Source: an uncultured Methanosarcinaceae archaeon (GTDB taxonomy: Archaea; Halobacteriota; Methanosarcinia; Methanosarcinales; Methanosarcinaceae). From it: 64,000 bases of DNA. The first letter of the stretch is position 1. Each line of letters begins with the position of its first letter. The notes under the pieces are model-generated. The model was not told the DNA's origin and did no database searches. It worked only from the letters and a program-made list of their open reading frames with translations. Both the position numbers and the translations under genes were made by a program. This document shows positions 12,765-24,048 of this stretch, in pieces. The stretch is from the NCBI GenBank assembly GCA_963833425.1, contig CAWHXP010000008.1, positions 308,578 through 372,577 on the forward strand. The letters are read 5' to 3'.

Positions 12765-13091
12765 TTAACCTCCTGCTCCGCCACCTCCTGCTTTTCCTAG
12801 CTCGAACCCCTGAAGTGTTTCATTTGTTTTCCGAAACCTTTCTTCCAGTTCATCTACAGTAAATTCCCTTTCTTCTTTCGTTTGACCAGCTTTGATGTCA
12901 GTTTTTTCCAGGGTGTCTTCTTTATACCACAGGTAGGTACTCTCGAGCAGGACCCACACTTCACCATTCTCATCTTTTTTGATATCAGTCACACGACTTA
13001 TGGTATCTGAATTGACGTACTTTACAACATCTCCCATTTCAATTATATTCTTGTTGCACCCTACCGCTTTTATCTCTTCAGCTTCAGCCAT
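12765..13091 (-). CDS. DUF2098-family methanogen protein
   Basis: GDVVKYVNSDTISRV..WVLLESTYLWY pattern; Gly-rich C-terminus. Confidence 0.7.
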   Translation of the reverse strand: MAEAEEIKAVGCNKNIIEMGDVVKYVNSDTISRVTDIKKDENGEVWVLLESTYLWYKEDTLEKTDIKAGQTKEEREFTVDELEERFRKTNETLQGFELGKAGGGGAGG

Positions 13092-13439
13092 GTTCTAACC
13101 TCAAAGGTTTCCAAGATACTAGTATTCAATCCTGAAAGTCCTTTTTCTTGTCAGTTACTTATAGATTATTCAGCCGTCTAATAAATTTTATGTAGCTTGA
13201 ATTCTTCAAAATTTCTTCACAGTACATATTTCAGAAACTTTCAAGTTTCGCAAAAAAATAGGTCCAATATCAATGTTTTTAAGCCGACATTCCGTAGATG
13301 TACAAAAAATATATAATTTGTTTGTTTATTTGGTCACTGTTATTAAGTGAAAGTTGGATCAATTTCTGAACTACTTTCAATTGAAAAAATAAACAGCACT
13401 CGTGTTACATCTGCGAAATGTTGGTTGTATTGCTGCGTT

Positions 13440-14408
13440 TTAATTTTGACTAATTTCCATCCTGAGGTCTCCCATAAACGCAACCCTTTCGGCAAAAGCA
13501 TTGTGCCTGTGGATGCTTTCTTCATTAGTCTGTTTGATAGTAATTAATGCATTATCAGGTAGATTAGGAAATTCTTTTACGATATTATCTGCCATAGTTC
13601 TTACGCAGTCTTCCACGAATTTTGGATTCTCATGAGCAGTCTCCACAACGACTTTTTCATCTGCGCGTTTCAAGACCTCAAACACACTGGAACTCATGGA
13701 ACGCTCAATAATATTGATAATACTTTCTAAAGAAACATCAAAGTCATGGGCAACCTTGATAGAGATAGAACCCCTGCCACGTTGATTGTGGGTAGCCATG
13801 GGGACCCTTTCCAAAAATTTTATAATTGTTTCCTTATCGACTCCCAATTCTGAAAGCTCATTTGCAGCTTTATCTATCATAATCTCCTGAGCACATGGAC
13901 AGGCTGTCATTCCTACAACTTCGGCACCTATGAGCTTTTTTAAATTAAAGTAGCTATCACCTCCGTGGCCCTTTATAGCAGAAGCTTCAGCAAAGATATT
14001 TACGACTTCTTGGCACTTGATTCCTGTTGATGGAGAAGCACGCCTAATCATATATTCGCTTGTCATACGGACTTCGGCCTGATTGGCATATTCATGCCTA
14101 CCAAGCAAATTATACGCGATATCGCTGCAAAGCTGCTCAATTTCGTATATTGGTGTACTGAGCACCTTTTCAAGCACCTCGTCTACGGCTTCGAAGTTTC
14201 GTGAGAGGTTGGCCCCCTTCCGATCGGATGGGAGATCAACAAAAACGTCAAAAGTTGAAATCAGAACGATAGGACGTTTTTCTTTACGCTTTATCTCTAC
14301 AAGCTTTTTCATATTTGTTACCCCAACACGGGTAAGATTGATAGCTACACTTGGTTTGCTGGCCTGAACGTCCGGGAGGTTGAAAATGCAATTTTCCATG
14401 TTGACCAA
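13440..14408 (-). CDS. mptA: GTP cyclohydrolase IV (methanopterin biosynthesis)
   Basis: [50 protein letters not shown]. Confidence 0.95.
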   Translation of the reverse strand: MVNMENCIFNLPDVQASKPSVAINLTRVGVTNMKKLVEIKRKEKRPIVLISTFDVFVDLPSDRKGANLSRNFEAVDEVLEKVLSTPIYEIEQLCSDIAYNLLGRHEYANQAEVRMTSEYMIRRASPSTGIKCQEVVNIFAEASAIKGHGGDSYFNLKKLIGAEVVGMTACPCAQEIMIDKAANELSELGVDKETIIKFLERVPMATHNQRGRGSISIKVAHDFDVSLESIINIIERSMSSSVFEVLKRADEKVVVETAHENPKFVEDCVRTMADNIVKEFPNLPDNALITIKQTNEESIHRHNAFAERVAFMGDLRMEISQN

Positions 14409-14920
14409 ATCCGCGAAAAAATGAGTTTTTAATTTGTAGAACGAATTCTTGGGAGATACATAATTTCATAATATATACTTGGAAAAATACAGGTTTTCCT
14501 TAGTTAATTGGTTGACATCATTCCAAGGAAATCTGAAGGTCATTCCTAGTTCGTTCTTGTCCAGTGTCCTGGAAAGGCCATAGCTCATTGGCTACGAACA
14601 ATAAAAGTAAAAATGTGATCCATATTCGAGAAATCGGTTATCAAATATCAACCATTTCAAGTGCATTACGAAATTTAATAACCATAACGAGTTTTAACAT
14701 GTAAAGCTTATGCTTTCGATATTTTTTTCCAAAAGTACAGCATAATAAAAATCAAAATATTTTCTGAAATTCACCTTCAAGAACGATTTTAATTAAATAT
14801 ATAATTAGATATAAATATTTAAATATTTCCCATGTAACCAACAATATGGACAAATTTAGTTTACAAACCAGCATATTTAGGGGAAATTTTTCTAAAACAA
14901 TAACTATAGGCAACATCCAA

Positions 14921-14978
14921 AGAAAGATTTTATATACTTTAAAACTTAATCAATGTCTGAATACAATTTACGAGGTGA
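14921..14978 (+). promoter_or_regulatory. BRE/TATA box and Shine-Dalgarno of the MC1 gene
   Basis: Purine-rich GAAAGA followed by TTTATATA (~14929-14936); GAGGTGA at 14972-14978. Confidence 0.55.
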
Positions 14979-14983
14979 CATTT

Positions 14984-15268
14984 ATATCAAACACAAGAAA
15001 TTTTGTTTTACGAGATGAAGAAGGCAAAGAGCATGGAGTTTTCACTGGAAAACAGCCCAGACAAGCTGCTTTGAAGGCTGCAAACAGGGGCACTGGGACC
15101 AAATCCAAACCTGCCACTATTCGACTCAGGGAACGCGGGACAAAGAAAGTTCACGTTTTTAAGGCTTGGAAGGAACTTGTCGCAGCCCCAAAAAACAGGC
15201 CTAGCTGGATGCCGGAGAAAATAAGTAAGCCTTTTGTCAAGAAAGAGAAAATAGACAAATTCGAGTAA
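14984..15268 (+). CDS. Non-histone chromosomal protein MC1
   Basis: SNTRNFVLRDEEGKEHGVFTGKQPRQAALKAANRG...RLRERGTKKVHVF; codon at the expected start is ATA (alternative GTG at 14975). Confidence 0.93.
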   Translation: MSNTRNFVLRDEEGKEHGVFTGKQPRQAALKAANRGTGTKSKPATIRLRERGTKKVHVFKAWKELVAAPKNRPSWMPEKISKPFVKKEKIDKFE

Positions 15269-16057
15269 AATATAATTTCACTCACATACTCCTAAAATTA
15301 GAATTTTTTTCGTTTCTTTTAGATATCCATAAAGGGATTAGCTTGGAAGTGTATTTAAATCTCAATATCATCCAAGCTAGTTTATTTACTTACTTTCTTT
15401 GAGTTTTGATTATATTATTTTTGTATATTCATACCTGACTTCTATTATTTAGTCCAGTCAAAGAGCCGACAGATTTCTGCAGGACTGGAAACTTCTTCTA
15501 GCATCGGGATAAAATTTTAGAAGAAAATGGAATCATCAATTTTGTTAGATCCTTATATTCGAAGTTAATAAGAGGTATTGCTTTGAGTTTAGTATAACAT
15601 TTAGTGATAGTGATCATGTGAGCTTTTCGTTGGTTTAGACCAAAATAATCTTCTTCAAGAGTTATGAGGATCATAAGAAGTATCACAGAAAAATAAAATA
15701 ATACTTTGAGATTAAAAAACGATCTTGAGGTTAGGAACTTGGGGGATGATAGAGGTTACATTAGTAACTGTGGTGATGGGACAACTTCCGATCTAATTTA
15801 AAAAGTATGTTGGGACTATGGGAAACCATGCATAAAAAAATACATATAATCAAAATTATGCGAATGTAAATGTATTCTATTATTCGGTTGCCTATTTCCC
15901 CACTTTATTCATTGAAATTTAGATTAATTTTTAAGCTACTGTCACATTAAGAAAATGGATGACATTTTTGTATAAGTCTTCAAAAAAATGGACAAAACAA
16001 CTTTGATTAATAACATCCACCGATAATTTTAAAAATAGATTTTCTGATTCTTACATC

Positions 16058-16957
16058 ATGGAACTGAAGAGAGAGAATGTGCTCATTGAAGCCTTACCCT
16101 ATATGCAGGAATTTTGTGATTCAATAATGGTTATCAAGGTGGGTGGGAACGCAATGATCAGCGCCCAGATATTGGAGGATATAATTAAAGATGTTCTACT
16201 GCTACGCTATGTGGGGATCAAACCCGTTATTGTACATGGGGGTGGGCCTGAGATAACGGAAAAAATGGAGCGTATGGGTAAAAAGGCTGAATTTTACCAG
16301 GGGCTCCGTATCACAGACGACGAAACTATGGAAATTGCCAGGATGGTTCTCGTTGGAAATATCAATACCAAAATGGTATCCCTCATCGGAGTTTTAGGAG
16401 GAAAAGGTATTGGTCTCACGGGATATGATGGAAGAATGATCTTGGGTCATAAGCAAGCTACCAAGAAAGTAGTTATTGAGGGTATTGAAACAGATGTGGA
16501 TATTGGCTGGGTAGGGGAAAGTGAAGTTATAAATCCTGACATTCTCCATATGGTTCTTGAAAAAGGTTACATTCCAGTTATCTCTCCAATCGCTGTGGAT
16601 GCGAAGGGAAATGCCTTGAATATTAATGCTGATACGGTAGCGAGCGATATTGCAGCAGCTCTGCATGCCAAAAAATTACTACTGATGACGGACGTTTCAG
16701 GTCTTCTAAGAAACCTAAAGGATCCTCGCAGTCGTATATCTTGTGTAACTCCGGATGATGTCGATCTTCTTATCGCTGAGGGCATTATACATGGGGGCAT
16801 GATCCCAAAAATTAAGGGCGCTGCAATGGCAGTAAAAAGTGGGGTTGAAAAAGCTCATATAATCAATGGAAGCTTTTCTCACTCAATGCTTCTTGAACTC
16901 TTTACCAATTGTGGAGTTGGAACCATGGTCTACGAGCCGGAGAGGCCTCATAAGTAA
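16058..16957 (+). CDS. argB: Acetylglutamate kinase
   Basis: LIEALPY, IKVGGNAM, VHGGGPEI, GLRITD, NINAD, GGMIPK. Confidence 0.97.
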   Translation: MELKRENVLIEALPYMQEFCDSIMVIKVGGNAMISAQILEDIIKDVLLLRYVGIKPVIVHGGGPEITEKMERMGKKAEFYQGLRITDDETMEIARMVLVGNINTKMVSLIGVLGGKGIGLTGYDGRMILGHKQATKKVVIEGIETDVDIGWVGESEVINPDILHMVLEKGYIPVISPIAVDAKGNALNINADTVASDIAAALHAKKLLLMTDVSGLLRNLKDPRSRISCVTPDDVDLLIAEGIIHGGMIPKIKGAAMAVKSGVEKAHIINGSFSHSMLLELFTNCGVGTMVYEPERPHK

Positions 16958-18835
16958 TTTGTGAAAAATCGGAATTTCTTATGGATTATTAATTAGTAAC
17001 AATTTTATAGTGAAGGTTATGAAGCTGCTCATCAGACCAACTAGTTCCAAGATGCTGAAAATATCGTTGGAATGCGAAGGCAAAAAGAATTCAATGTAAA
17101 TATCCTTGTCTTAACACCGAAAACATTGTCTTTACCTAAGAATTTCTCAGAAATATACGTAGAGACGGTTATATGTTGGTAGCTGAACTTAAAAGAAAAG
17201 TAATAATATGGCACGTATCTTTCTTCAGAGGATTTCGATAAACCTTTTATTTTAAAGAGTCATTTACTACAACTTATAGGCATAGGAGGAAATTTAAGGG
17301 TTTATCAAAATTTTTTTCAGTACTTCACTAACTAGTACCCGATAATTTCAAAAGAAGACCTACTTGGTTTACAACAATGGCATGCTCTCTACGACTTCGA
17401 ATCTGATAAACAATTTACTAATTTAATTTTAATACAGGGTATTTCTTGGTTTTTCTGAGCATACATTATTCAGAGCCACAATATTAACATTCAGCAAAAA
17501 ATAGTGATTATGAAAAATAGATGGGATAAGGAACAATTGCAAAGCCAACTTCATTTCTTTGGTTTGGAAATAAAAAATGCTACATCCATAATAAACTATT
17601 CAAAATCAAATATTTTAATTTACTTATATGCTTCCTACATCCTGATTTTCCTCATTTTCGACATACTTCTCAAATTAAATCAGAAGTTGTTATATCATAA
17701 GTTACACCTTACGACACAGTTTACCAACTTATAATTGATTTTAATATATGATTATTTTGTTAATTTTTTTTTTGCTTTGATAATTTTTGTTATCTGCGCT
17801 CTCTTTAAAGATATATTTTGGTTTAGAATCAACTAGCATAAATACCTATATTGTTTACAATCATCGTTTGTCATGACTTGGAAATTAATTAAGGATCCTC
17901 TCTTAAAATAGTAAACATGTTACACCTTATGTGACCCTGCAAGATCAAGGGCATTTAATAAAGAGCTGTAATTTTCGGAATTTGAGATATAACGATTGAA
18001 TTTTTTGTTCTCCATAGTCTTCGGTTTTTATCGTATTTTGTTTTGAAGGGTGAGAACTCCAAGTCTCTAGAGCAAGTTCAGGTTCATTGCAGCTACAACT
18101 TTCTACATTGACCACCTATATTATTTATGCTCCATCCATTCAATTTTTTTGTTCAAACCACCTTTCTTTTTCAATAGCTTAGTTTTTCCTAATATAAGGC
18201 TTGATTGATTAAAGTTTCAATATTTCAGTCCTAATAGCTATCAGTTTGCTTAGTATCTAGCTCTTTCCATCCAACATGTTGGCACCATTTCAAATAGGTA
18301 AAATCTGCTAAATAAATAAGGGACGGGGCATTTATAGGCTCAAGGCAAGGTTTTTATACAATGGCAAAGTGGTATATGAAACTGACATCATAAAATCGAT
18401 CCCAGCGTCGCTAAATTAATTGTATTTTAAAAAAAAGTAGGGTGTATTAGTGAGCTTAGTTGTTTAAATGAATGTTTGGAATAATTTTGTAAATAATATT
18501 TAAAAAGATATAAAATAATTTGGCAAGTATAATTTTATACTGACTAAATTATTTCATATCTTGCATGCTATATTATAGTTTCAATCTAAATAACTGGAAA
18601 AATGGGAATTTGCGATTAAGAACTTAAAAAATGCCCCTGTATATATAAAATTTATTTTAATATAAAATGGAACTAGTGATGGTATTATTATAATTGGACA
18701 AATAAAAAAGAGACAACTATTTTGTCGACAGTTTGTTTTTATTAAAGTGAAATTTTAGACAGTTCCTGTAGACAATTACCGGAGGGAAGCTCACGCCAAT
18801 AATAATAGATTCGATACTAATTAATAAGTCAATAG

Positions 18836-19865
18836 ATGTCGCAACTCAACTAAAGTTCATCATTCCTGGCCTATAACGAGGAAACCTCCGTTGCGGAAAC
18901 TGTGAGAAGCGTGCTTGAGCAGACATGTCCTCCAGCAAGAGTGATCGTTGTAGATGACTGTTCCACAGATAGGACTGGAGAATTGGCAAGTCAGGCAGGT
19001 GCTGAGGTCATAAGGCCACCGAAGAACACAGGCTCCAAGGCAGGCGCTCAGAATTATGCCTTGCAATTAACTGATACCAAGTATACTATGGCAATAGATG
19101 CCGATACTACACTTGCTCCTGACGGCATAGAAAAACTCATTTCACCACTTGAGAATGAAGAGGTGGCTGCATCCTGTGGCTTCGTCATCCCAAGATATAT
19201 CAGCACCATTTGGGAACGAGGTCGATATATAGAATATCTTCTCGCTTTCACTTTCTACAAGCCGACTCAGGACTATTACGGCAAGCCAATAATGTCTTCA
19301 GGTTGCTTTTCGGCCTACAACACTGACAAGTTGAAGGAGATTGGTGGCTGGTCTGAACGTACCAGGGCGGAAGACATGTACTTGACCTGGAGCTTCTATG
19401 AGGTTGGCTACAAAGTTCGCTTTATTCCAGAAGCTGTTTGCTACCCGCTCGAGCCCCACAATTTCAACTTCATGAGCAAGCAGTTGAAGCGCTGGTCTCA
19501 CGGGTTTGTGCAGGAATGTACGGCTCCACTGGAGAAAGATCCTCAGATTACCGCTACTTAGCTCCATTGTAGGGATTTCCATGTGGGATGCAATCATAGC
19601 TTCAATTACATATCTGATATTACTTCCCATACTTGTGATATTTCTTAAGAATCCTTTTTTACTGCTTTTTTACATAATTGATCTTCCGACTATTCTCTTT
19701 CCGGTTATGGTAAAAGCGATTCAAAGGAAAGAGTTTTTTAGGGTTTTAGTTTCAATTGCTTGTTTTTTCATACTCAGAACTGTCAACGCCATATTTATGC
19801 TTGAAGCCATCTGGACGGACTATATACTTAATAAACCTCTCTTAGTTTATGAAAAAGGACACTAA
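18836..19865 (+). pseudogene. Glycosyltransferase family 2 (membrane, processive type), frameshifted
   Basis: IIP(A)YNEE broken by an extra base near 18868; VDDCSTD, KAGAQN, DADT, AED, QLKRW; further frameshift near 19515 before TM helices. Confidence 0.85.
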
Positions 19866-19867
19866 TT

Positions 19868-20272
19868 TTGTTAGAAAGGAGAATAATCGTGAATAGTGCA
19901 GGACTACCAGGAACAGGTATAGGGGGATTATTCTATATACTTTTAGCGTTGTGTATGCCATTTTTTGAGCTGTACCAGACCATCCTTGGTAGGAGCAGCC
20001 TTGAGAGATGGAAACTGGTCCTCAGGCAACTTGCTATCACCTTACTGATTCTGGCTGGAGCTGGAGGAACTTTCTTTCTGTCTTTTGAGCTTTTCGGTTT
20101 AAAGAATCCTGCTGCTTTGATGGTTGGCAATGCTGAACTGACGACTGAAGCCTTCTTCATTTTGCCTTTAGTAATTTCCTGGAGCTTATTGATTCTGGTT
20201 CTTGTTGGCATCAGAACCTGGGCACTTGTCGAGGTGGTTAGCAGCCGCAGGGGGAAGAAATTATATCCTTAG
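19868..20272 (+). CDS. Hypothetical membrane protein (~3 TM)
   Basis: AGLPGTGIGGLFYILLAL N-terminus; directly follows GT2; likely start GTG near 19889 after AGGAG. Confidence 0.65.
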   Translation: MLERRIIVNSAGLPGTGIGGLFYILLALCMPFFELYQTILGRSSLERWKLVLRQLAITLLILAGAGGTFFLSFELFGLKNPAALMVGNAELTTEAFFILPLVISWSLLILVLVGIRTWALVEVVSSRRGKKLYP

Positions 20273-20465
20273 TTAAATATAATTTATTTCTGATTCCCAA
20301 CGAAAAACTTGTAGAGCCAATACGATATGATAAAAGGAAATAGATATTAGTTCTATTATAATGAAAATAGCTCTTGTTTCCGCCATAAAACAGCATCTTT
20401 GAAAACTTTCACATAACTTGAACATCCTTTTGTTCATTAGCCATACATTCTGTTTATTCTGAAAT

Positions 20466-20480
20466 TTTTGCAACAGAACC
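20466..20480 (-). mobile_element. Isolated IS6-family-like terminal inverted repeat
   Basis: Reverse complement reads GGTTCTGTTGCAAAA, matching the IS6-family (IS257/ISS1-type) TIR. Confidence 0.5.
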
Positions 20481-20639
20481 GAAATTTAAACATCATGTTT
20501 TTACCAGAAAATGCAGAAAAAGTAATTCTAGGTGGAACTTCTGGTAACTATAGATACAATTACGTCACCAAAAAGACAATAAGGAACCATATCATATTAA
20601 AAAATAGATCAAGTTAAGATGAAAAATCTAAGCATTTGA

Positions 20640-20981
20640 TGACTCGTGACTTTCTATAGTATGAGCGAACTTCACGTCGGCCATAATCATTAGGGAACCT
20701 TCTCTCCAAAATCCACATGCAAACCTGGTAGTTTTCAGCTTCTGCTGCCGCGTTTAGTCACTGTAGACATTTCAAACCCCTTCTGCATTGCATTTCTCTA
20801 TATGTTTATAAAATTCAAAGTATTCTCCAGATTCTGACTTTTTGCCTTTCTGCACCCAATCATTAAAAGTCTGATATGTTAGTCCTGAGGATGCTGCTGC
20901 AAGGCCATAAGTCATCCCAAGCACCACATTCTCACCAATTAGCTGTGTTATGTTGGGGGTTAATTTTGAAGGTCTTGCCAT
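20640..20981 (-). pseudogene. Phage terminase-small-subunit-like HTH protein, interrupted by stops
   Basis: MARPSKLTP...TYQTFNDWVQKG...YFEF; after stops continues ..QVCMWILERRFPNDYGRR. Confidence 0.6.
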
Positions 20982-21607
20982 GATAATCCCGTTTTTTACT
21001 TCTTATAAATAATATGAGTGACTCTTATACTTAATATTTACTTAGTTTACTCATGCATGAAGCCGCAATTAGGACTATCGACATCTACTAGGCTCATAGA
21101 TTTCTGTTCATAGAGATTCAGTCTCTTTACGTATGCTTTTATTAAAGTAGTCATGATACCTTCTAACATTTATTTAGACTTGGAGTCAAAAAGGCGATTG
21201 TGCAGCGATTTAAGCCATGTTCTTGGGCTAGATATGGTATATTCCATCAGAACAGTCAAAAAACTCAATGTAGGACAGGAGATTAAGCCTATTGAGGTAA
21301 CATGGAAAAAAAGCTTAACGAGATAATTTTAGCGGATAAAATGAAGTAGAAGAAATCTCATTTTGGAATTCGAGTATATTAATCGGCCAATATTACGTCT
21401 TGGTTTTTATATAAGCCAGTAAAAAGTTGCTACTTCTATTGTTTTAGAGGTATGAACCAGTATAGTAGTCACAATATCATATATTCACTTTCGGAACGTT
21501 AGGTAAGTTCTTGAAATCGTTACAGTTATTTTAATTTTACTATTAAAATATAAATATATATCTATATATACACTATTTTTTATAGATATAATTCAAAGTC
21601 GAAACAA

Positions 21608-21878
21608 AATTACACAAATTTCGGATTTCATAGACGAAAAATTACACCTTATTTAAAGAGAAATGAGTATGTAGAAACATTAAAAAATAAAAATTATACA
21701 AATTACACATTGTAGGAATAACCTATAGCTTCTTTATAGAGACTAGAATTAAGATTTCTCTTTATAGGTATATAGTCCTAATCTGTGTAATTTGTATAAT
21801 TTTATAGTTAAAGTAGTCCATTAGATATCAAAAAATGATATTCTAGTTGTGTAATTTCTGTGTAATTTCTGTGTAATT
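21608..21878. repeat. Iteron-like AATTACAC repeats in inverted arrangement around an AT-rich spacer
   Basis: AATTACAC x3 on + (21609, 21640, 21701) and GTGTAATT x4 (21785, 21849-21878 tandem); perfect 20-bp IR 21690-21709 / 21784-21803. Confidence 0.75.
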
Positions 21879-22259
21879 CTTTTAATTTAAAGGGATTATA
21901 AACAGTTTGAGTTATCATCACGATCTAATTATTCCTTGACAGAATATTGAGCTAATCTCAAGATCAAAGATGTTTGTAATCTACCTAGTTAACTACATTT
22001 CAGCTTCTCCCTTTGTTTTTGTCCAAAATCTGATCGTTTCTATGATTGGACTTATTGTTTCGTCTTGTGGAAGATATTGTCTTCATTAATACTTTCATAG
22101 TTAAGACCAGTAAGTTCTTCTGCAATTGATCGTTTCATCCTAACTCCTGCGAAAGTCTTTTTTTCTCTAGTAATTCTGTTAGTACCAGCTCTCTGATAAG
22201 ATTCTTATTTTGTATCTGATGCACTCTTTTTAGACGAAGTTTAGTCAGATATACTAGGA

Positions 22260-22688
22260 ATGCCAAAAAAAATTAGTACGTCCATAAACACTAATATTTA
22301 TGGCAAACATTGGTATTTTGAAATTCCAGCTGATGACTTAGACCGTGCGAAGCGCTTCTACCACTCCCTGCTCGGGTGGAAGATTGAACCGACCAAAGCT
22401 CCTGTCCCTGATACATTGATGCGGTATCAGGATATCGTAACAGGAGATTCAAATGTAGGTACTCCTATGGGTGGTACTCTCAGCATGGGTGGGATGCATA
22501 AGCGGAGGATGAACGAGTCAATCGTCAACTATGTGATGGTAGACGATATCGACGAAAAGATTACGACGGTAGAGAAACTGGGAGGAAAGATCGCCGTACA
22601 AAAACGGGAATTAGAGTTCTTGGGGCAGTTTGTGATCATCCAAGACACCGAAGGAAACGTCATAGCTCTCTTCAAGCCAAAAATGTAG
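22260..22688 (+). CDS. VOC/glyoxalase family protein
   Basis: YFEIPADDLDRAKRFY..LLGW, YVMVDDID, LGGKI, QDTEGNVIALF. Confidence 0.85.
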   Translation: MPKKISTSINTNIYGKHWYFEIPADDLDRAKRFYHSLLGWKIEPTKAPVPDTLMRYQDIVTGDSNVGTPMGGTLSMGGMHKRRMNESIVNYVMVDDIDEKITTVEKLGGKIAVQKRELEFLGQFVIIQDTEGNVIALFKPKM

Positions 22689-23182
22689 ATGATACATTCC
22701 AAGACTTTACCGAAGAATAGTGAATTATCGCAGATAAAGACAGAGCGGTGGTTCGTTATTATATGCAAAAAAGCTTCATATTCTAACATATCCATATTCC
22801 GCATAAAGAATTCGATGCTTATCTCTTGAAGCTGATTCTGTCTCGGTAACCAGATACACTTGCTCACATCTTTTGTAATATGCCACTACCACACGCTTGC
22901 GGCACCGTCTATAACATCATAAACATAATCCCCGTTTCATAGCCCCACTTGTGCTGTATTTTCTTTGCGAGAGCACATATTCTAATGACTTTTCTGAGAG
23001 GTCCATGTCAATCATTCTCGAAATGAATTATTGAGTTATAGGTTAAAAGGAAACTCCGAGTTATGTGAAAGTATTCAAAGCGGAATAGTTCAGGATAAAG
23101 CACAACATTTAAGAATTTCTTTACAATTAACCTCATTCATGATGATTTTAAATTGATCTTACAAGAAAGAGGCATATACTGC

Positions 23183-23886
23183 ATGTGTGGAGCGTATGGA
23201 TTTTCAATAAAAAACATAAAAGATGTGTATGATAGGTTTTTTATAGAAAATACTTTAGAGAATTTTAAACCAAGATGGAACATCAGCCCAGGACAATTAA
23301 ATCCTTTATCGTCAATCACGAGAAAAAGGAAATTGATTTGATTTTTTGGGGACTACTCCCTAATTTTGCCGAAGATGAGCATTATAAATACAAAGCGATA
23401 AATGCTAAAGCTGAAACATTTGATAAATTGCCTACATTCCGCCAACCGTTTCTTCATAAACGTTGTTTTATCCCAGCGATAGGGTTTTACGAACCAGATC
23501 AGATTCATTTTTTAAAAAATCCCTTCCAGTGGCACTATTTCCAGATGAAAGACCATTCAATTTTTGCCTTTGCTGGGCTGTATGACGTTTGGAAAGATAA
23601 AAAGAACATGAAAGAAATCCATAACTACACGATCATTACTACAATACCTAATACGACTGTTGGCAAATATCATGATAGAATGCCTGTTATTTTAGAAAAA
23701 GAGGATGAAGACGTATGGTTGAATCCTGATATTGTTGAAGCGGATCAGCTTTGCCCCTTATTGAAGCCCTTGCCTGACGAAAAAATTGAAGAATGGGAAG
23801 TTGGAGATGAAGCAAGAAATCCAAGAAACGATTATCCAGAAGTTATTGAGCCATTTAAAACCAACAGGCAAAGAAGCTCATTCTAG
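23183..23886 (+). pseudogene. SOS response-associated peptidase (SRAP/YedK/HMCES), frameshifted
   Basis: N-terminal MCGxY, PRWNISPGQ, WGLLP, INAKAET, GFYE, FAGLYD, HDRMPVIL; frameshift near 23310. Confidence 0.9.
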
Positions 23887-24048
23887 TAATTTTTTATTAC
23901 TGTAGAATCTACGAAGGATAGAGATTTATGGTTCCGACAGTAGCTGGAAAAATACTCTCCTCGTTGACTTGACAGAACCAAAAAATAAATCCTGAATACT
24001 TTCACCTAACTCCCTTTAACCTTATGATCTTTTATAATCTGATATTTC

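Noticed and set aside
14846..14983. 46-aa N-terminal extension of MC1 from the ORF track
   Set aside because: Spans the predicted TATA box and SD and has no MC1 similarity
23930..23979. GGTTC..GAACC-bounded 50-bp segment as a MITE
   Set aside because: Terminal match is short and there is no target-site duplication
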